This document shows, piece after piece, positions 57,917-64,000 of a DNA stretch of 64,000 nt (its first letter is position 1; each line of letters opens with the position of its first letter). This DNA comes from Trichosphaerium sp. ATCC 40318. Lineage: Eukaryota; Protista; Tubulinea. The position numbers and the translations under genes were made by a program. The stretch is from the NCBI GenBank assembly GCA_038496445.1, contig JALMLS010000585.1, forward strand, positions 1 through 64,000, given 5' to 3'. The notes below the pieces were generated by a model, which did no database searches, had not been told where the DNA came from, and worked only from the letters and a program-made list of their open reading frames with translations.

Positions 57917-59701
57917 AAGTTATTCGTCTATTTTCTCATATATGTGGCTGGTTTTTTTTATCCACGTCTTCACTACAAGTAACAAAAATCATCTTGAGAC
58001 TTAACAATACCGAAACCAAATATCCTGTAAATAAATGAACAAAAATCAAAGGAGTCACATGTCGTCATACTTGATACAAGCGCCTGAGTTCAACAATAGA
58101 CTGACAACACGTTTATATTTTATATCCAAGAGTATTATTTGCTATCTTGGTTAGCGCGAGTATGTCTAAGCTATCACATAGGCAATTCTCTTTGAATGGG
58201 TTCATAAGATCTCTTTTGAACAACAATATATGTCTTAAGGGCCGGTCATTGGACTACAAGACTGCTTTTGTTAAACCATTTGTGCTTTAAATTTGTTGCT
58301 AAGTTGTAGATAAAGCGCATGCAATTAGATATACGTCGGAATACATTTGTGTTTGATGGCAATGAGGAGAAGTGGCGATTGTTGTTTAATAGCTGTGCAT
58401 GGTTAAAAAGACTTAAAACAAAGCTGAGGCCCGCATTTGGATATCACGTTTGCTTGGTTAAAAGTGTAGGTGGTAGTTTACTTTCTCTTGTGCTGTTCTC
58501 ACTATGAACAGTAATTTGGTTTTGTTACCAAACAAAAACATTTATCCTCAGTTGATTATAATTGTTGGTATAAGTTAGCTACACAAAACGCCACACTAGT
58601 AGTGTCCACAAACTCAAACACTCGCACTCTACGCAACTAAAGCCTTTCACGTGATTTATAAGTTTATTGATTTAAAAGTTTAACTTGCTGCTCAACTTTT
58701 GTATTAGTGAAATATTCTGCCCCCTAGGTTTCAATTTATCACCTTTCTTTGTTAAACATGAGTTTTCGATATTAGCTCTGACGAGGAACTTCAGATTTTG
58801 TTTGTTCTTCTTCTTCTGTTCGTTCCCATTCTTTTCCATTTCACCTTAGCGTTGGTACGTTTCATTTGCTGCTATTATAGGCATGTTATGGAGTAATTTT
58901 ATGGAGGAGGTTATACAGCAATTGTAGTCTCACATAAACCTGTTACATGAACTAAATTGGCGATAGGACGTATAAATAAAAATACTCTCGAGAATTATTA
59001 GACTAATGTTACCTCGCCTTGTAATACTGTAACTTAATAATGTGAAGAGTATGAGCTCTGCAATATTGACCAATATTATGCATGGAACATGTATAACAAC
59101 CAGAGACGTTATGGAGAACGGATAGTTTCAAATACTGCAAAATTTTATGAGTTGGTATACCAAATGAAAAAGTACCAACCGCCATTTTTTTTATTGCTCT
59201 AAAAGGATCATAGAGTCTGAAAAAGGGGCTCAGAATTTTACACTGAATTGGAAACAAATTACAAAATTTGAAATGGTAAATGACGTCATGTGATTTTTCG
59301 AAAAACTATTGTTTTGTCATAACATCGCTACCTCTTCAACATGAAAGAAACTAGCGCCTAGATTATTTGTGAACCTGGCAATGAAAGTTCGTTTCCATTG
59401 TCCAAGAAGTGTTTAATTTATCGGCACTATTGTACGACCTTAGGTGCGGAAAAAAAAAAACCCCGCTCTCCCATTCCATTGTAATTATTGGATAGGTAAG
59501 GACGGATCATTTCCAAGCTACATAAGCAAAACAAGTTATTTTTATAAATATCACGCAATCATGTGATTTTATAAAGAACTAACCTCGTTATATAAATTTA
59601 CCCGCTGCCTAATGTGATTTAAATGCACACTAGCATATAAGAAAGTTACTAGCGAATCATTCTACTCAAGTTTTCAAGCAATAAACAACACAAGCGGAAA
59701 A

Positions 59702-60703
59702 ATGGTACGAAGCAAATTTCCGCTGTTCTATCTCTTCATCTCACAGTATACCCAGAACTGGATTCTTTTATTGGTTTGCGTGGCAATCTTCCTCACGCAA
59801 GTTACAGCGCTAGACACAAGCAAAACGCCTGGAGAAAACTTCGACCTCAGCAACTGGAAAATAACACTTCCTGATTCGTCAGCAAGTGAAAGATCACCTT
59901 CTCAAGTATGCAACTATTTCCCACTTTCTACAAAGTCATGCCTTGTTAACATTGCTGTTAGCTGCGCACATACGTTTCCAACTACTTTTATACAGGAGGC
60001 GATGGATCGATGACCTTCTATTGTCCTTCAAATGGCGGTACAACAAGTGGATCAAGTTACCCAAGATCTGAGTTACGTCAACTCTGTAACCCTGGTGACG
60101 ATAACTACGTACACAACAACAATGTTAAGCTAAAGCTAACGCTATGCCTTCGTGTTTTAGAATTGGCACATATCTGATAAAAACGTGATGAAAGCAAGAC
60201 TCAAAGTTGATAGAGCCAAAACGGATGCCAATAAAGTTATAGTACTTCAAATTCACGCTTTTGATGCCCCACCTCTTATCAAAATTCAATGGGAATCTAA
60301 TGGGAATATCTACGCTTTGTACAAGAAAAACAGAAACGGTGACGATGCTCCAAAGGTATGTATAACATTTATAATTTGTCTTTACCATGGAAGTTACAAT
60401 TAACACAAACTTGAGGTTACTCTGGGCAGTGTTGGATTTAGTCGTTTTGACATGGAAATACATGTACGTCCTCGACATTATGTAACTTGTTTTGATGTTT
60501 ACCAATAGGCTGACAACGGACGCCTTAAAGTGTACCTCAATGGTGCTAAAAAACTGGACGTAGATGTGGGTGGATATTGGAGCAGCTTCACAAACTACTT
60601 CAAGGCTGGTAGCTACTTGCAAGCAAACTCTGGTGGTCAGTTCGCTACAGTTCGATTCTATGAATTGGATATCACCAGCCAAGGACCTTGTGAAGAAGAT
60701 TAA
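59702..60703 (+). CDS. Secreted polysaccharide lyase family 7 (alginate lyase-like), 5 introns
   Basis: Signal peptide; PGENFDLSNWKITLP; TTSGSSYPRSELRQ; VLQIHA; YFKAGSYLQ. These are the three conserved PL7 regions. Confidence 0.93.
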
Positions 60704-61428
60704 ATAAAATGCTATTACTACTTTAAAAATGACGGGGGCACCATGTGCTACCTTAAAAAGTGAACATAAAGACCTAGCTGTTTCTTGGTATCCAGTAGAC
60801 AACTACCATTCTCTAGTTGCTCAGCATGTTTCTTCGTTTAAATCCATTGATAATCTATCGCATTTGTTTTTAAAAATACACCTGGATACACCACAACACT
60901 CTTCTTAGTACGCTGTTTAGCCTTTTTCTTTCGGGTTTTGGCTAATAAATCAATGTCAACTTAATCGATATCAATCAAGGTGATTGATGGTTGGTAAATA
61001 AAAAAGAGCACCACTCCCAATAACCAATGTCAATATCTTATTGACAGACATCAAGTGGCAATCACAAGAGATTTAGATTGAAATAAATTACTTGCAAAAT
61101 GATAAATTTTAGTGGACAATACCGAACTTGTTTTTCAATCTACCACGCGAACATCGGTCACTTAGTCACTGCTCATATGAAATAAGGTAAAATGAGCACA
61201 TAAACAGGTTTGTATTGGAGTATTTAGCATTATAGGTGTAGAGCTTGAATAATATCGCAAGTTTTCAATCAACTTTTTTCAATCTGTTTTGGTTTCAATC
61301 ACTCTATACTGTTACAACAAATGATTCTATGCTCGTTGTATCAGCAAGTCTAACACATAATGGAGTCTACAAATAGTTGAGAGTGATAAAGGTTATGTTT
61401 ATTGTGGTTTGGGCGCTGTCTTTTGTAA

Positions 61429-61945
61429 TCAATTGTCGTCTTCAGCTTCACCTATTGTGATTGTTTAGTGGAAATATCTATTGTCATAAATTGTAATGTG
61501 TACCAGATAAGATGCGCTTGTATGAAAACGGAGCGAACGCATATCCACCACCATAGTAGAACTTTACTTGAAACTCAACCCAATGTAAACGTAGTGCATG
61601 TAAAAAGGCAGAAAGCGATTCCTATTGAAGTTTAATTTTAGAATACACAAGCACGTGATTGGCACTTTTATAAAATCTATCATATCACGTACCATTAATA
61701 AGAGAACAGCAATCGTAACTCCTAACCATGCAGCGTAGCACAAAAACTTTGAGATTGGCGAAAGAACAGAATACATGATTCCTTCTCGTCCTAGAGCTTT
61801 TATCCCGACGTCTACGAATAGCATACTCCAGAATACAGTAGCTAGCTCTGAATGCGCTAGGCTTAGAGCTCATAGACGAAGATAACTTGCAGTATGCGAA
61901 ACACAGCCAAGTACGAATTCAATGGTTTCAATGACTTGGTGTACT
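61429..61945 (-). pseudogene. V-ATPase V0 subunit a C-terminal fragment with in-frame TGA
   Basis: [50 protein letters not shown], intron, [41 protein letters not shown]. Confidence 0.85.
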
Positions 61946-62926
61946 ATAATATCAAGAATCCATCAAAGTATGACAAAATCAAGCAATTTTTATGATTTCG
62001 CTCAAGCTTTAGAGTACACGTGGTGTATGGAGCACAATTTAGAGAATAAAGTACTTGCTAAACCCATGAATAGCGCGATGCCTAGATAGATAACCAAACT
62101 CATACGCGATGGTAGAAGCGTCAAAAAAGTGACAGTTGATGCTGTAATAAATCGAACGAAAATAGCTGACTGTTGCTGAAAATACAAACTTGTCGGCGTT
62201 GGGTTATTGTAAATAACGTTGTATTACTTGCATACTACACGCCATTAATGATAGAATACGCATGTATAAATGGTCTGAGTTATGTATATTGAAAAAGCAC
62301 GCATTATCTCCTAGCTAGCTGGTGCTTAGGATAAGAGCGGATTAGGATGAATTAGTTTTTTCGGAAAACGCTGAAGCAATTTATCCCACCGTTGTCGCCA
62401 CGCCTTTGAAGTTTACCTTCGGGCATGCTATTATTATTACGCAACTCAAGCCACTGTACCTCCACATACAACTTTTTACGACGTTACGGTACCCACGTGA
62501 TTTCGCGATAGACGACTGAATATTAACATCACAGTGATAAATGGACGATGAATTTGGCCAACCAATGAGGTAAAGAATTCAATCAGTTCAACGTTTTGCC
62601 CCTCTTAACACCTTCCTTAGCCATGATCGTAAAGCCAAGTAGCATATTGTTGTGAGGTTAGTGGCATGTCAAACTGCGCAGGATGATTTAATGCACCGTT
62701 GAAATTTCTTGATGCTAGCAGCAACAAACCTAACAGCGTTAAGCTGAGACCTTGATTTGCGAAGTGAAGTATGTACTTTCGTTTGAGATTGTGTATGGAT
62801 TTGAGAGCCTGTCGACAACGCATGCAACACAGGCATATGGGTAAGAACAATGGCAACACGTGCGTACTTTGTAACAATGCAGTTTTTCCTGGTTGCAGTT
62901 TTTGAAGCATCAGACAACAGATTTAG

Positions 62927-63900
62927 TTAGTGGCGTTCCAACGAGTTGTTTAACGAAACAAAGGTGTTGTCGTGAAAAAGATCGCTCTTCCGTATCTGTG
63001 AATCTACACTTTTCATAGCCCTTTTTTCCTTTCCCATAATTACCATAAGTTCTTTGTAGACGACCATAAACAACAACGATCTAAAAACGAATCTACACGA
63101 AGCAAAAAAAGAAAAACACTCGGCACGTGCGTGTTGACGACATAAAACGATAAACGACGCTATCAAAACAGTTAAAGAGTTACAACAAGCATCACAATAC
63201 AAAGGAAATGTCAAAAACTCATGAAGTAATTTAATATCCAGAAAATCAAAAAAGTCAAAAAACTACCGTTTAAACGCTAGCATAAAATAAACAACAAAGT
63301 AGTTATGATACAAGAATTTACATTGGGTTTTATATATTCACACTTTTGGTACAATCGATTTTTTTACAAGCTTTTTTTGAGCTGTCGAAGGGAAAAAAAT
63401 TGGGTTTAAACCACCGGATAGTTGATTTCTATGCGTGGTATTCCGTTCGACATCGTTTTTTTCTGTTTTGAGGAGTCCAAATACAGAATAGAACGGTTCA
63501 TTTTCTTAGACGTACAACATCTCCACAACGAATGGAATAGACAAGAATATGCCTGCAACCATTGTCATGACTACGTATACGTTTTTGAAGTTGTCTTGCT
63601 TCGAATTGCTTTTGTATCGGCGGGTTTTTGTGTAAAGTGGCAGCGATGCCTCCTGTGATCTAAGAAATGCTCGAGTTCGTGCTTTCCGGCGAAATAGCTC
63701 TTGATCGCTTAGAGTTTTTCCAGTTTGCGCTTGTTTTCGTTTTGTAGGGCTGTAAAAGGCTGGTGTGGAAGAGATTGCTCTTTTGGGAGTGTTCGGTGTT
63801 TCACTTTCAACAACGGAAGGAAAACTTTGTTTCAGTACGCTCTTTGGTGCTTGCTAAATAAACGAGTGAGAAATACATACGTATGGAAGGAGAATTGCAG
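62927..63900 (-). CDS. Hypothetical membrane protein (model incomplete)
   Basis: Basic low-complexity exon ending VYVVMTMVAGIFLSIPFVVEML at a gtacgt donor, followed by further hydrophobic exons. No family recognised. Confidence 0.3.
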
Positions 63901-64000
63901 GTAAGTTGCTTCTTTTAGAAGGTCAGAAGAATGCTTCCATCCCCGCTTTCAAGTCTATTTACATTGTACACGCACCTTTGGTTTAGGTTTTGACTCCGTG

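Noticed and set aside
57950-59650. Short ORFs between the methyltransferase and the PL7 gene
   Set aside because: No recognisable motifs or consistent exon chain.
59702-60703. Bacterial contamination or a prokaryotic operon explaining the PL7 and methyltransferase genes
   Set aside because: Both genes carry multiple GT-AG introns matching the host style and composition.

Overview
This is AT-rich, gene-dense eukaryotic DNA with many short spliceosomal introns (mostly about 40-120 nt, donors often GTAC). It is probably a free-living amoebozoan-type protist, inferred from gene content such as a tectonin-like lectin, WASH and a classical PTP. Because the genes are spliced, the ORF track only shows fragments. 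Reading across introns gives about 22 intact protein genes: a TM-C2-PH-SMP-SnoaL fusion, RPN8, UXT, a three-domain paladin-like phosphatase, PSMB2, an ERGIC-53/VIP36 lectin, an ankyrin-TBC RabGAP, a PTP, F-box-MORN, tectonin, PRP22, RTF2, F-box-LRR, a 2OG-Fe(II) oxygenase, a TKL-like kinase, an EF-hand protein, DUF3605, WASH1, a C8orf76-like TPR protein, P4H, NASP, MED10, a GT32 glycosyltransferase, a membrane-anchored methyltransferase and a PL7 alginate lyase. There is also one tRNA-Lys(UUU) and several decayed genes, including a V-ATPase subunit a C-terminal fragment with TGA at the invariant Trp. The first ~2.25 kb is an error-rich inverted copy of 4225-6491 separated from it by degenerate TTAGGG-like sequence, most likely a long-read fold-back artefact. 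The main candidates for novelty are the SMP-SnoaL lipid-transfer fusion, the GT32/methyltransferase/PL7 glycan neighbourhood, and a strong excess of CACGTG motifs alongside gene-body CpG depletion. All calls are by-eye motif recognition; no searches were run, and gene spans include introns.
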